From an uncultured Peptococcaceae bacterium (GTDB lineage: Bacteria; Bacillota; Limnochordia; Darwinibacteriales; Darwinibacteriaceae): 64,000 bases of DNA. The number at the start of each line of letters is the position of its first letter. The first letter of the stretch is position 1. The notes beneath the pieces are model-generated. The model saw only the letters and a list, made by a program, of their open reading frames with translations, was not told where the DNA came from and made no database searches. The position numbers and the translations under genes are program-made. Location of the stretch: assembly GCA_937988745.1 (NCBI GenBank), contig CALKAR010000208.1, positions 13,108-77,107 of the forward strand, written 5' to 3'. This document shows positions 36,460 through 46,511 of the stretch, piece by piece.

Positions 36460-37599
36460 TTAGAACACCTGCCTTAGAAAGATTCTAACTCGGTTGTAGA
36501 TCCGTCTCAGCCACGAAGCCAGTCCTGTGCTGTGCTGCGCTACTACTGGAAACCGACCGTATTCTTCACCATCCTCAGTGTAAACGATTATCTCTCCAAC
36601 CTGTTCGCCGCGGTCGATAGGTGCTCTTAAGGTAGTGTCGAGTTCTACCTTGGTGGTAAATTTGTCAGCTGGAATCTGCGGCTCAAAAACAGAAAGGTCT
36701 TGGGCTAGAGTTACTCCTATCTCATGCAGTATCCCATCTGGGACTAACATGGTTGCTACAGTAGTACCTTTAGGAATCAGGACCTTCTTGTTGCTGAAGG
36801 CCCATTCAATCAACTGCTTACTCTCTGCATTGCGGATCTCACGTGTTTTGGCCCCCAAAACGACGGTGATGAGGCGCCGTCCGTCGCGTCGCGTTGAGGT
36901 GATCAGTGTGTGTCCCGCTGGCGTAGTGGCGCCAGTCTTGCCTCCCTCGACCCCTTCAAGTTCTCCCAAAAGCGGATGGGTATTGCCTATCTTGCGTCCC
37001 TGGGCCTTTAGTTCATATTCCTGCGTGGCAAAAATCTTTCGAAAGAGCTCGTGTTCCATGGCAATTTGAAACAGACGAGCCTGATCATAGGCGGTAGAAT
37101 AGTTATCACTGAATATAGATAATAGTCCTGTTGAATCTACGTAGTTGGTGTCGGTAAGACCAAGTTCCAGGGCTCGCTGAGTCATCAGCCGGGCAAACTC
37201 GCCTTCTGTCCCGCCGATAAATTCAGCCAGGGCTACAGCAGCATCGTTGGCCGACTGCAGAGCCGAAGCATAGAGAAGTTCTTCCACCGTAAACGTATCC
37301 CCGGCCCGAAGTTTGATTTGAGTCCCATCGCGGCTTTCTGCTCGGGCGCTGGCGGTCACCTTATCGTAAAGTGAAACCTTTCCTTGTTCAACGAGTTCTA
37401 CGCCTAGAAAGACTGTCATCACCTTTGTGATGCTGGCGATAGAACGCCTTTGATAGCCATTCTTCTCAGCTAGAACTCTCCCAAAGTCCGCATCATAGAC
37501 CAAATACGCGATAGAACTGATATCCGGCGGGCTCACAGCCTGCACATATGGACAAACGCTCAAGAGCAGCACCAAAGACAGCACTAATAGGCTTCTCAC
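36460..37599 (-). CDS. D-alanyl-D-alanine carboxypeptidase (S11, DacB/DacF-like).
   Basis: Signal peptide, SITK (SxxK), SAND-context (SxN) and KTGAT (KTG) motifs, and a C-terminal PBP5-C-like domain. Confidence 0.88.
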   Translation of the reverse strand: MRSLLVLSLVLLLSVCPYVQAVSPPDISSIAYLVYDADFGRVLAEKNGYQRRSIASITKVMTVFLGVELVEQGKVSLYDKVTASARAESRDGTQIKLRAGDTFTVEELLYASALQSANDAAVALAEFIGGTEGEFARLMTQRALELGLTDTNYVDSTGLLSIFSDNYSTAYDQARLFQIAMEHELFRKIFATQEYELKAQGRKIGNTHPLLGELEGVEGGKTGATTPAGHTLITSTRRDGRRLITVVLGAKTREIRNAESKQLIEWAFSNKKVLIPKGTTVATMLVPDGILHEIGVTLAQDLSVFEPQIPADKFTTKVELDTTLRAPIDRGEQVGEIIVYTEDGEEYGRFPVVAQHSTGLASWLRRIYNRVRIFLRQVF

Positions 37600-37705
37600 C
37601 GATTTCCCCCCGCAGACAATGCAGATTCTTCTTTAATTCTTACGTACCCATTGATGCAATTAGTACATATACTGTCACTGATACCTCAATATGGAGGGGC
37701 AGCAT

Positions 37706-38740
37706 ATGGAAACGAAGATATATTTGGAGGACCAATCCACCTTCAATGATTATGTGGCGCGCCATCCACGCGGCTCTGTGTTGCAGACAACTAACTGGGG
37801 AAAACTGAAAACCATGACTGAGTGGGAATACTATCCAGTTGCTGCTGTCAGCGACGCAGGCATTGAGGCAGCCGCTCTGATATTGGTGCGTTCCTTGCCC
37901 GGACTGGGCTTCCGCATATTTTATTCGCCAAGGGGGCCGCTATATTCATCCATCCAAGGACTGGCGCAGCTGGTCCAAGGTATTAAGAGACTCGGCCGAC
38001 AAAAACGCGCTATCTTGTGGAAAATGGACCCAGCTATTCCAGCAATAAACCGCGAATGGGAATCCTTTGCCCAAGAACATAAACTGGTCCAGGTTGTCGA
38101 TGATTCACCCTTCTCTGGAGTACAGCCCAAATTCGTAATGGACCTCGACATAACTGCCCCACTCCAAGATATACTGGCAAATATGAAGAGCAAAACTCGC
38201 TACAATATCCGCTATGCAGCCCGCAGAGGCGTAAAAGTAAAGAAATGCCGCAGCAAGAAGGAGCTAAACACCTTCTATGCACTCCTGCAAGAAACAGCAG
38301 AACGGGATGGATTTACAGTGCGAGATCTAACCTATTTCGAGGGACTCTGGGACCACTTGATAGAGCATGGCTTGGCACAGCTGTTCTTGGCATACTACGA
38401 AGGTATTCCCCTTGCTGGTGCCATCGCTTTTCGGCTCGGATCGCGGGCATGGTATGTCTACGGTGCGAGCAGCAACGAACACCGCAATCTTCAGGCGAGC
38501 CATCTTATGCAGTGGGAAATGATTAAGTGGGCAAAATCTTCAGGGTGTAGGGTGTATGATTTCCGCGGGGTGTCAGGAGAAATTGACCCGCAGCATCCCC
38601 TTTATGGCCTATATCGATTCAAAGAAGGGTTTGGAGCCAGCCTAAGAGAGTATGTGGGCGAATTTGACTGCGTGCTTAATCGGCCCCTATACCGCGTTTG
38701 GCAGGCTGCGCTCAAAGTCCGCCAGCGGCGGCGAAAATGA
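37706..38740 (+). CDS. FemAB-family peptidoglycan bridge-forming aminoacyltransferase (FemX/MurM-like).
   Basis: QT..WGK.K....W, K.RYNIRYA.R.GV and W.MI.WAK..G...YDF.G patterns of the FemAB family. Start ATG at 37706 after GGAGGGG. Confidence 0.85.
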   Translation: METKIYLEDQSTFNDYVARHPRGSVLQTTNWGKLKTMTEWEYYPVAAVSDAGIEAAALILVRSLPGLGFRIFYSPRGPLYSSIQGLAQLVQGIKRLGRQKRAILWKMDPAIPAINREWESFAQEHKLVQVVDDSPFSGVQPKFVMDLDITAPLQDILANMKSKTRYNIRYAARRGVKVKKCRSKKELNTFYALLQETAERDGFTVRDLTYFEGLWDHLIEHGLAQLFLAYYEGIPLAGAIAFRLGSRAWYVYGASSNEHRNLQASHLMQWEMIKWAKSSGCRVYDFRGVSGEIDPQHPLYGLYRFKEGFGASLREYVGEFDCVLNRPLYRVWQAALKVRQRRRK

Positions 38741-39915
38741 ACTGGTCCAGCTGGATTGAAGTAAATCTAGACAGCCTGGCCAATAACTACAACCAGATTC
38801 GCACCCAAACAAAAGCAAAAGTGTGTCCAGTAGTAAAGGCGGACGCTTACGGACATGGAGCTCCTGTAGTGGTGCGATTCTTGTACAGCCTTGGAGTCGA
38901 TCTCTTCGCTGTCAGCAATGTGGAAGAAGCACTGGCCATCCGCGAGCTCTCTCAAGCTCCCCTACTGCTTTTGACTCCACCCTTGAAAGACCAGCTTCCC
39001 TTGGTAATCAAGCACCGATTAATTCCAACTATCGATAGCACTGCACAGGTCGCAGCGCTGGAAGAAGCCGCAGACAAGCACAATCCCCTTTCGGTCCACC
39101 TCAAGGTAGACACGGGATTTGGTAGATTGGGTATTCATCCTCGTGACGCACTCTCCTTGGCAGAGCGCATTGTCCGTTCGCCCAATCTCCAATTGGTAGG
39201 AGTCTTTACCCATTTTTCCGGCTTGGACAGCCGTACAATAACTGAACAACAGCTGCGTACGTTCCTATCATTGCGGAAATCGTTTGCAGAAGCGGGGCTG
39301 GCAGGGCTTCTCTGGCACGCGGCCAACAGTGCGGCCTTCTGCCAAGGGCCTCACACGCATTTAGATATGGTGCGCATCGGAACTCTTCTTTATGGACAGG
39401 GTAAAGGCGCTGCCGAGTTAGATTTGAAGGAAACATGGACATTATATACTCGAGTAATTGCTGTCAAGGAGATCTCGGCCGGTTCTCGCATTGGCTATGG
39501 GGGAACCTTCAAGGCCCGTCAAGATATGGTTGTCGGAGTGGTTCCCATCGGCTATGCCGACGGTTTCACTGTGGAACCGCAGTCAACTCCCGCTGTGCAG
39601 ACGGTGCGGGTTATCAGCCGCATAGTCAAAGGTGAAAAACCCCTGGCATATATAGGAGACCAGCAGGTACCTGTCATTGGTAAGCCCGGCATGAACCTCA
39701 CAATCCTTGATTTGAGCCAAGTTCCCCAACCTGTTCCTGGTATGCAAGTCCGGATCAACGCTCGCCGCACCACTATCAGTCGAGGTTTACCCAAGGTATA
39801 TTTGAGAAACAAGAAGCCGTACTGCATCTGGTGGAACGGCCGTCTCTACAATCCCACTGACAAGGTATTTGACAGAACTAGCGCCAATTTGTATGATCGA
39901 GTTAGGATATTTTAG
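38737..39915 (+). CDS. alr: Alanine racemase.
   Basis: VVKADAYGHGA (PLP lysine) and the C-terminal beta domain. ATGA overlap with the femX-like gene. Confidence 0.92.
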   Translation: MNWSSWIEVNLDSLANNYNQIRTQTKAKVCPVVKADAYGHGAPVVVRFLYSLGVDLFAVSNVEEALAIRELSQAPLLLLTPPLKDQLPLVIKHRLIPTIDSTAQVAALEEAADKHNPLSVHLKVDTGFGRLGIHPRDALSLAERIVRSPNLQLVGVFTHFSGLDSRTITEQQLRTFLSLRKSFAEAGLAGLLWHAANSAAFCQGPHTHLDMVRIGTLLYGQGKGAAELDLKETWTLYTRVIAVKEISAGSRIGYGGTFKARQDMVVGVVPIGYADGFTVEPQSTPAVQTVRVISRIVKGEKPLAYIGDQQVPVIGKPGMNLTILDLSQVPQPVPGMQVRINARRTTISRGLPKVYLRNKKPYCIWWNGRLYNPTDKVFDRTSANLYDRVRIF

Positions 39916-39925
39916 GAGGATTGTT

Positions 39926-40195
39926 ATGGGCGTGGAAATGGATAGGGAAAACCTGCTGCGACGCTTGAAACGCATCGAGGGTCAGGTACGGGGTATTCAC
40001 CGCATGATATCAGAAGAGCAATCATGCGTTGATATCCTTAATCAGATTGCGGCTGTGCGGGCGGCCCTAGATAAGGTGGGATTGGCTGTTTTTGAGAATC
40101 ACAGCCGGCACTGCATTAAGGAAGCAATCAGCAGCGACGATGGCGAAGATGCTTTAGCAGATCTGATGAATGCAATGAGCCGGTTCCTAAAATAA
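39926..40195 (+). CDS. CsoR/RcnR-family (DUF156) metal- or thiol-sensing repressor with the CsoR-type x-C-H-C fingerprint.
   Basis: LLRRLKRIEGQVRGIHRMI.EE.SCVDILNQI.AV..AL and ...NHSRHC. Cys, His and Cys sit in the Cu(I)-CsoR positions. It starts 11 nt after the alr stop, following AGGAGG. Confidence 0.8.
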   Translation: MGVEMDRENLLRRLKRIEGQVRGIHRMISEEQSCVDILNQIAAVRAALDKVGLAVFENHSRHCIKEAISSDDGEDALADLMNAMSRFLK

Positions 40196-40241
40196 AAAGC
40201 AGGCAGGGAACAATTTTGATGTTCCAAGCCTGCTTTCTTTC

Positions 40242-41099
40242 TTATGGTAGGATTTCCAGGGGATTTACGGCATACTCCCCGATTTTGATCCGAAAGTCCA
40301 AATGTGGCCCTGTTGAATGGCCGGTGCTTCCCACTAGAGCAATCTGCTGGCCGGACTTTACTGAATCACCAGCCCTAACCAAGAGTTTACTGCAGTGACC
40401 ATACCATGTGGTATACCCGCTGCCGTGGTCAATCACCACCGCAAGACCATAAGCCCCCATCCGTCCGGCACTCACCACTCGGCCTGCTGCAGCCGCTCTA
40501 ATGGGAGTACCATGGGGAGCGGCAATATCGATGCCAGCGTGAAAATGCCGCACTCTAGTGATGGGATGATTGCGCCATCCAAAGCCAGAAGTTATACGCC
40601 CCTGTACGGGCCAAACGAAGGACACGCGCGGCGTGCGGCGGGCTCCACTGAAGGCTGCCTGACTGATATTCGGAATCAAGAGGCGCTGACCAGCATAAAG
40701 CTGGTCGGGATCATCCAGGCCGTTGCGGCGCATGATCTGATTGACAGTTGTACCATAGGCAAAGGCCAAGTCCGAGAGTGTATCACCGCGCTGTACCGTA
40801 TAGACAAACACGCTTTCTTCCAAAATGCGGAGCACCTCTTGGGTCTGCCTTCCCACTATTCCATCGGCGGAAATGCCAGCCAGCTCTTGAATCTGCAGCA
40901 CAACAGACTCTGTTTCCCGGCCGAAGATGCCGTCCACAGCCAGATCATGACCAAGCCTGACAAGACGCTCCTGCAGGGCCCTGACCTCTTCTCCACGCAT
41001 ACCAGTGCGCAGAACCTGGGCGCAAGCCGGATAAACAGTCAAATATGCTGTAACTACAGCAATCACAAGAATCACTGCCGACTTGGTCAGCGGCTTCAT
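40242..41099 (-). CDS. Secreted peptidoglycan hydrolase: PG_binding_1 repeats, LysM and an M23 peptidase domain.
   Basis: Signal anchor, two LQ..L..LG...DGIFG PG-binding repeats, a LysM (YTVQRGDTLSDLAFAYG) and the M23 motifs HAGIDIA and GSTGHSTGPHLDF. Confidence 0.85.
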   Translation of the reverse strand: MKPLTKSAVILVIAVVTAYLTVYPACAQVLRTGMRGEEVRALQERLVRLGHDLAVDGIFGRETESVVLQIQELAGISADGIVGRQTQEVLRILEESVFVYTVQRGDTLSDLAFAYGTTVNQIMRRNGLDDPDQLYAGQRLLIPNISQAAFSGARRTPRVSFVWPVQGRITSGFGWRNHPITRVRHFHAGIDIAAPHGTPIRAAAAGRVVSAGRMGAYGLAVVIDHGSGYTTWYGHCSKLLVRAGDSVKSGQQIALVGSTGHSTGPHLDFRIKIGEYAVNPLEILP

Positions 41100-41174
41100 A
41101 TATCACCCTCCCGCAGCACTTGTTTCCCATATTATTGGTGCGCCGCGGGAGAAATATACCAAAATATAGCTATT

Positions 41175-42083
41175 TTACAGGCTTCCGATGTACTGGAACG
41201 CGCTCATAGCTGCTAGAGCTCCATCACTGGACGCCGTAATGATCTGGCGAAGTGGTGTGTCGCGCACATCACCAGCAGCAAACACGCCTGGAAACTTGGT
41301 AGCCATCCGGGCATCAGTGATTACATAGCCCTGCTCGTTCAGGATACCGGTATCATACAGAAAGCTGGAATTAGGATAAAAACCAATATAGATAAATACA
41401 CCATCACCTTCGAGCACGGTTGTGGTGTCATCCTTCACATTGCGGACGCGCACCCCCGTCACTTTAGTATCGCCTAAAATTTCCTCCACAACAGTATCCC
41501 ACACAAACTTCATCTTGGGATTCTTAAATGCCCGCTCCTGCAGATAGGGCTGAGCTTTCAGGGTATCGCGGCGGTGAATCACTGTAACACTTTCCGCATG
41601 ATTTGTCAGGAACAACCCTTCCTCAACCGCCGAATCTCCTCCGCCTACTACAAAAACAGGCTTACCTCTAAAGAATGCACCGTCGCAGGTTGCACAGTAC
41701 GATACACCCCGGCCCTGGAATTCCTTTTCTCCCGGTACATCTAAGTATTTGGGGAGTGCTCCAGAAGCGATGATAACAGCCTTTGCTTGAATCTCATCTT
41801 TGCCTACCCGAAGCGTCTTGGGCTGGCCCTCTAGTTGAACTGCGGTCACTTCGCCAGTCTTCCATTCGACACCAAGCTCTAGTGTCTGCTGATACATATG
41901 ATTCGACAGATCCGGCCCGAGTATATGTTTGAAACCAGGATAGTTTTCGATATCTAATGTGTTCTGCATCTGGCCTCCTGGCAGGCCGCGCTCGATGATA
42001 ACCGTTTTCAGGTTAGAACGAGCTCCGTATAAGCCCGCAGCTAGCCCAGCCGGACCTCCACCGATAATAGCTAAATCATACAT
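41175..42083 (-). CDS. trxB: Thioredoxin-disulfide reductase.
   Basis: [12 protein letters not shown], redox-active [16 protein letters not shown] and HRRDTLKA (the NADPH-type motif is retained). Confidence 0.9.
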   Translation of the reverse strand: MYDLAIIGGGPAGLAAGLYGARSNLKTVIIERGLPGGQMQNTLDIENYPGFKHILGPDLSNHMYQQTLELGVEWKTGEVTAVQLEGQPKTLRVGKDEIQAKAVIIASGALPKYLDVPGEKEFQGRGVSYCATCDGAFFRGKPVFVVGGGDSAVEEGLFLTNHAESVTVIHRRDTLKAQPYLQERAFKNPKMKFVWDTVVEEILGDTKVTGVRVRNVKDDTTTVLEGDGVFIYIGFYPNSSFLYDTGILNEQGYVITDARMATKFPGVFAAGDVRDTPLRQIITASSDGALAAMSAFQYIGSL

Positions 42084-43359
42084 CTATACAGCCCTCCTTA
42101 TTTTCCATGAACTCCATGGAGTTCGGCAGATCTCCTGAGAAATTCGGGTAACGCAGGACTTTTCCTTCCCATGTGCGGATCAGGACATAATCCTCACCCC
42201 ACCCAACTAAATAATTCGGCAGAATTGGCGTTTTCCCTAGTCCACCGGGAGCATTTACGATATAAGTAGGAATTGCCATCCCTGAAGTATACCCCCGCAG
42301 CTGTTCCATTATTTCCAGCCCCGTTTCGATTCTCGGACGAAAATGCAGTGTACCTTTCACGCATTTTGCATGGAAAATATAATACGGCCTAATTCGAACT
42401 TTCAACAGCTCATGATTGAGTTTCTTCATAACATGTGGAGATGCATTTATACCCTGCAGCAGTACAGCTTGATTACCCAAAGGAACACCTGCCCGCGACA
42501 AACGATCTGCTGCTGCAGCTAAATCAGGAGTAATCTCTTTAGGATGGTTAACATGAGTATTCACATAAACGGGATGGTATTTACTGAGGATTTTGCAGAG
42601 TCTAGGGGTGATTCTTTGTGGCATGGTTACGAGAGTTCTTGTGCCAAATCGCACTATCTCTACATGGGGAATTGCAGTCAATTCTTGCAGGAGCCATTCA
42701 ATTGCGTCATCCTCAAGGGTGAAGGCATCACCACCCGTAATGAGCACATCTCTGATTTCTGGGTTTTCCCTGATGTAATCAAGAGAGCCCTGCAGAACTT
42801 CCTCAGATGCATGATGGTCTGTTTCGCCAATCAGCCGGCGCCGCTGGCAGTGACGGCAGTACATAGCACACTGATTTGTAACCTTGATAATCAGCCGATC
42901 AGGGTAGCGGCGTGTCACTCCCGGCACTGGTGAAGTATGCTCTTCAGCCATGGGATCTAGCTCGCCTTCTTCGGAGTATTCGAAAGCTGAGGGAATCGCA
43001 AGCCATCTGATGGGACAACCACGGCTGTCGGGACTCATGAGTGAAGCATAGTATGGTGAGATGGCCCATCGGTAAGTCTTGCCAATTTCTGAGATGATAT
43101 CCTTTTCATCTTCGTCGAGTTCGATAATTTTCGCGAGAGTTTCCACATCTTTGATTCGGTTAGCCATCTGCCAGTGCCAATCTTCCCAATCGGACTCATC
43201 AGCTCCGAGTATTTTAAGAATACGTTTCTTCTGATGGGCTGCGGTTTCGGCAATGCTGAAACCCGTCTCGATTTCTTTTTGAGCCGCAAGGTATGGTTTT
43301 ACCTTTTCCCGCAGCTCTGCAGCTCGCCTAAGTGCTTCCATAGACTTCTCCCCCTCCAT
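42076..43359 (-). CDS. KamA-family radical SAM aminomutase, probably glutamate 2,3-aminomutase rather than lysine 2,3-aminomutase.
   Basis: [12 protein letters not shown] radical SAM cluster and a KamA-like sequence throughout. At the positions of the KamA lysine-binding Asp residues it reads YYIFHAK (K for D293) and YIVNAPGG (N for D330). Confidence 0.7.
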   Translation of the reverse strand: MEGEKSMEALRRAAELREKVKPYLAAQKEIETGFSIAETAAHQKKRILKILGADESDWEDWHWQMANRIKDVETLAKIIELDEDEKDIISEIGKTYRWAISPYYASLMSPDSRGCPIRWLAIPSAFEYSEEGELDPMAEEHTSPVPGVTRRYPDRLIIKVTNQCAMYCRHCQRRRLIGETDHHASEEVLQGSLDYIRENPEIRDVLITGGDAFTLEDDAIEWLLQELTAIPHVEIVRFGTRTLVTMPQRITPRLCKILSKYHPVYVNTHVNHPKEITPDLAAAADRLSRAGVPLGNQAVLLQGINASPHVMKKLNHELLKVRIRPYYIFHAKCVKGTLHFRPRIETGLEIMEQLRGYTSGMAIPTYIVNAPGGLGKTPILPNYLVGWGEDYVLIRTWEGKVLRYPNFSGDLPNSMEFMENKEGCIDV

Positions 43360-43409
43360 GCTTTTTGCAAAACAGGCTAACTTCCGCGTGCGAAAGTCAG
43401 CCTGGTAAA

Positions 43410-44444
43410 CTAGAGTGAAACTATGGACTCAGCTAGTCCAGAAGAAATCCATACATCGTCATCACTTGTCACGATGATAGCTTCGACTCCTGGCAGTTTC
43501 TCTACAAGTGCACTTCCTCGTTCGAGCCCTAAAACAAATACTGCCGTGGAAAGAGCATCGGCAACTGCAGCCTTCTCTGTAACAATAGTCACGCTGCGTA
43601 TTCCCCGCGCCGGATAGCCCGTCCGCGGATCAAGGATATGGTGCCAGCGTTCGCCATCCTGGACGAAATACCGCTGATAGTCTCCAGACGTCACTACACT
43701 GTTATTCTGCAGCGGAATCACCCAGCGAATCTGCGATGGATCATCGGGATTCTGTAACCCAACACGCCAGGGAGTCCCATCAGGACGGGAACCAATAACC
43801 GAAATATCTCCACCAGCATTGACAATCGCACGCTGCATACGGTTCTGTGCTAGAAAACGACGTGCCTCATCCACGATATATCCTTTAGCGATGCCGCCCA
43901 AGTCGAGCACGGTCCCTGCTGGAATACGAACGCGCTTTTTGGCCTTATCAATCTCTACCCGACGATAATCGACCGTTTTAAGCGCAGCCGCAATCTCCTC
44001 ATCTGTAGGAACCTTGTACTCACCAGTACCGAAGCCCCACAAGCTAATCAGCCCGCCCACGGTAATATCAAAGGCACCGTCTGTAAGTGTGCCATACTCA
44101 ACACCCAGTTCAATAACTTCCAGCGTAGACTCAGAAACATCAATCCATTCGCCGGCCTGAGAATTAATCCGAGAGACTTCGCTATCAATTAGATGCCGAG
44201 ATAGAATCGCTTCGAGCTTTTCCATCTCAGCGAAGGCCTGTTTGACATAAGTCTCAGCATCGGGTCCATAGGCACTCACATCTACCACGGTACTCATGAG
44301 GATGCGGCTTCCCTGAGCGTCAGTGTAGCTACGTTCCAGATAAGGCTGATATAAGAAGAAATAGCCGATTGCCGCCAAAACAATGACGGTAACGGCAATT
44401 CCGACGGCAAGCAAATATTGATGGGACCCTGGGTTCTTTTTCAA
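43410..44444 (-). CDS. apbE: FAD:protein FMN transferase (ApbE).
   Basis: N-terminal TM anchor, then ApbE motifs (MST.V....Y, DLGGIAKGY, SGDY.R). Located directly after rnfB. Confidence 0.9.
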   Translation of the reverse strand: MKKNPGSHQYLLAVGIAVTVIVLAAIGYFFLYQPYLERSYTDAQGSRILMSTVVDVSAYGPDAETYVKQAFAEMEKLEAILSRHLIDSEVSRINSQAGEWIDVSESTLEVIELGVEYGTLTDGAFDITVGGLISLWGFGTGEYKVPTDEEIAAALKTVDYRRVEIDKAKKRVRIPAGTVLDLGGIAKGYIVDEARRFLAQNRMQRAIVNAGGDISVIGSRPDGTPWRVGLQNPDDPSQIRWVIPLQNNSVVTSGDYQRYFVQDGERWHHILDPRTGYPARGIRSVTIVTEKAAVADALSTAVFVLGLERGSALVEKLPGVEAIIVTSDDDVWISSGLAESIVSL

Positions 44445-44456
44445 AAAGATCCCTCC

Positions 44457-45290
44457 TTAGCTTGCCCGCTTTTTCTTCAGTACAGGTTTGCCCTCTTGAT
44501 ACTCAATCGTGTTCATCGGGCACACCGCTACGCACTTGCGACAGTTAATGCACAAGTCGTAATTGATCTCAGCCAGATTGTTTTCAACGGTAATAGCATT
44601 TACAGGACATTCTTTTTCACAGCGGCGGCAGGCTATGCAGCCTACAGAACAGACACTGCGCACTTCTCTACCGAGCGCCAAGGACCGGCAGCGGATGTGA
44701 ACACCCTGCGGTTCTTCAGCCAGCACAATAATGTCTCTAGGACAGGCACGTACACACATACCGCAGCCTGTACATTTTTCTTCAATTATCACTGGCAGCC
44801 CATTGTCATCCATATACATGGCGTCAAATGGGCAGGCTGCCACACATGTTCCGAGACCTAAACAGCCATATCCGCAGGCTTTAAACGAACCGTTTTGAGT
44901 GTTTTGGGCAACACGGCAGTCTCTCGGACCGTGGTATTCTGCAACAATCTTCGCTTCGGCATGACCGCCTGAACACAAGACTTGAGCGACCTTGCGGACT
45001 GCTCCTTCTGCTACCTCTACGCCGAGTATCTTGGCAACAAGACTTGCCACCTTGGAACCACCTACGGGACAGCCATCGGCAGGAGCCTTACCGTCAGCAG
45101 CTGCTTCGGCAAATGCCCGGCATCCAGCAAAACCACAAGCACCGCAGTTCGCCCCGGGCAGGACTTCTTCGACCTGATCTGCCCGAGGGTCTGTTTCCAC
45201 AGCAAAGACCTTCGATGCAACTGACAACCCTGCGGCAAACAGCGCACCGAGGAAACCCATGCTTATGAGGGAAATTACAGTTGTACTCAA
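44457..45290 (-). CDS. rnfB: Rnf complex subunit B (polyferredoxin).
   Basis: N-terminal TM helix, the CGACGFAGCRAFAEA cluster, and four CxxCxxCxxxCP ferredoxin motifs. Confidence 0.9.
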   Translation of the reverse strand: MSTTVISLISMGFLGALFAAGLSVASKVFAVETDPRADQVEEVLPGANCGACGFAGCRAFAEAAADGKAPADGCPVGGSKVASLVAKILGVEVAEGAVRKVAQVLCSGGHAEAKIVAEYHGPRDCRVAQNTQNGSFKACGYGCLGLGTCVAACPFDAMYMDDNGLPVIIEEKCTGCGMCVRACPRDIIVLAEEPQGVHIRCRSLALGREVRSVCSVGCIACRRCEKECPVNAITVENNLAEINYDLCINCRKCVAVCPMNTIEYQEGKPVLKKKRAS

Positions 45291-45317
45291 TTAAAACCCT
45301 CCCTAATAAGGACCAAA

Positions 45318-45890
45318 TTAGACCAGCCCAGAAAATCCGCTGAATGCGAGAGAAAGTAGGCCTGCAATAATAAACGCAATGCCAATCCCCTTGAGCGGTT
45401 CAGGAACATCAGCAAACTGCATCTCTTCCCGAATACCGGCTAACAGCATCAGAGCGAGCGTAAAACCAACACCGGCACCCAATCCGAAAATGATCGACTG
45501 AATGAATGAATAAGCGCCCTGCACCGCGATTAGGGAAAAACCTAAAACGGCACAGTTCGTAGTGATCAGCGGAAGGTAAATGCCGAGAGCCCGATGCAAA
45601 CCAGGGCTGGTTTTGTGGAGAAACATCTCCACCAGCTGCACCATTGAAGCAATGGACAGAATAAAAACAGGGGTCTGGAGAAATGGCAGACCAAAGGGTT
45701 CCAGCACAAACCACTGCAGAAGCCAGGTTAGTGCTGCGCTGACGACCATGACAAATGTGGTCGCCAGTCCCATACCCAAGGCCGTTTCAGTTTGTTTAGA
45801 AACACCCATAAAGGGACAAATGCCGAGGAAACGTACAAGAACAAAGTTATTAACAAAAACAGCACCTATAAATATATAGAACAGTTCCAT
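45318..45890 (-). CDS. rnfA: Rnf complex subunit A.
   Basis: 190 aa; NNFVLVRFLGICPFMGVS... is the typical RnfA/NqrE sequence. Confidence 0.93.
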   Translation of the reverse strand: MELFYIFIGAVFVNNFVLVRFLGICPFMGVSKQTETALGMGLATTFVMVVSAALTWLLQWFVLEPFGLPFLQTPVFILSIASMVQLVEMFLHKTSPGLHRALGIYLPLITTNCAVLGFSLIAVQGAYSFIQSIIFGLGAGVGFTLALMLLAGIREEMQFADVPEPLKGIGIAFIIAGLLSLAFSGFSGLV

Positions 45891-45904
45891 ACTCTTCTCG
45901 CCTC

Positions 45905-46510
45905 CTAACTGGCTTTACGCAGCCGGGCACTGATCATATTCATACCTGCAATCAAAATCCCTACGGTGACGAAAGCACCAGGTGGGAGCGAGAAAAACCC
46001 GAAAGTGGCTGCTGAATCCGAAACAAACTTGATGTTGAATATGGAACCGAAGCCGAGAATTTCACGGATAGCACCAATCAAAGTCAGTGCCCAAGTAAAG
46101 CCCAGTCCCATCCCCAGACCATCCAGAGCCGAGCTGACAACACCGTTCTTCGACGCAAAGGCTTCAGCGCGACCCATTAACATACAGTTTACCACAATCA
46201 GCGGAATAAAGATACCCAGCACTCGATGTAGGTCCGGTAACATAGCGTGCATTACCAAGTCAACTATCGTAGAAAAGGTAGCGATGACGATAATATAACA
46301 CGGAATTCGAACCTTCGAAGGAATAACATTTTTTAACAGACTGATCAGCACACTTGAGCAGATCAATACAAAGGTTGTGGCCAACCCCATGCCCAGACCG
46401 TTCAGAGCACTGGATGTTACTGCTAATACCGGACAGAGACCGATCTGCAGCCGGAAGGTGGGGTTCTCATTCCATAAACCTTTGAAAAATTCTTTCACAA
46501 GGCCGCCCAT
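45905..46510 (-). CDS. rnfE: Rnf complex subunit E.
   Basis: NP.F.L.IGLCPVLAVTS... is the RnfE/NqrD signature. Start trimmed to ATG at 46510, 1 nt after the rnfG stop. Confidence 0.93.
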   Translation of the reverse strand: MGGLVKEFFKGLWNENPTFRLQIGLCPVLAVTSSALNGLGMGLATTFVLICSSVLISLLKNVIPSKVRIPCYIIVIATFSTIVDLVMHAMLPDLHRVLGIFIPLIVVNCMLMGRAEAFASKNGVVSSALDGLGMGLGFTWALTLIGAIREILGFGSIFNIKFVSDSAATFGFFSLPPGAFVTVGILIAGMNMISARLRKAS

Positions 46511-46511
46511 C

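Noticed and set aside
40395-41216. 273-aa plus-strand ORF covering the whole M23 peptidase gene.
   Set aside because: It is antisense to a gene with clear PG-binding, LysM and M23 motifs. Its own translation is low-complexity (S/H/C/R-rich) with no motifs or RBS. It is a typical shadow ORF in the stop-poor antisense frame.
41175-42083. Whether the trxB-like gene is a ferredoxin-dependent flavin thioredoxin reductase rather than an NADPH enzyme, given the rnf linkage.
   Set aside because: The GGGDSAVEE and HRRD..K/R motifs associated with NADPH binding are present. I therefore kept the ordinary TrxB call, although only biochemistry could settle the point.
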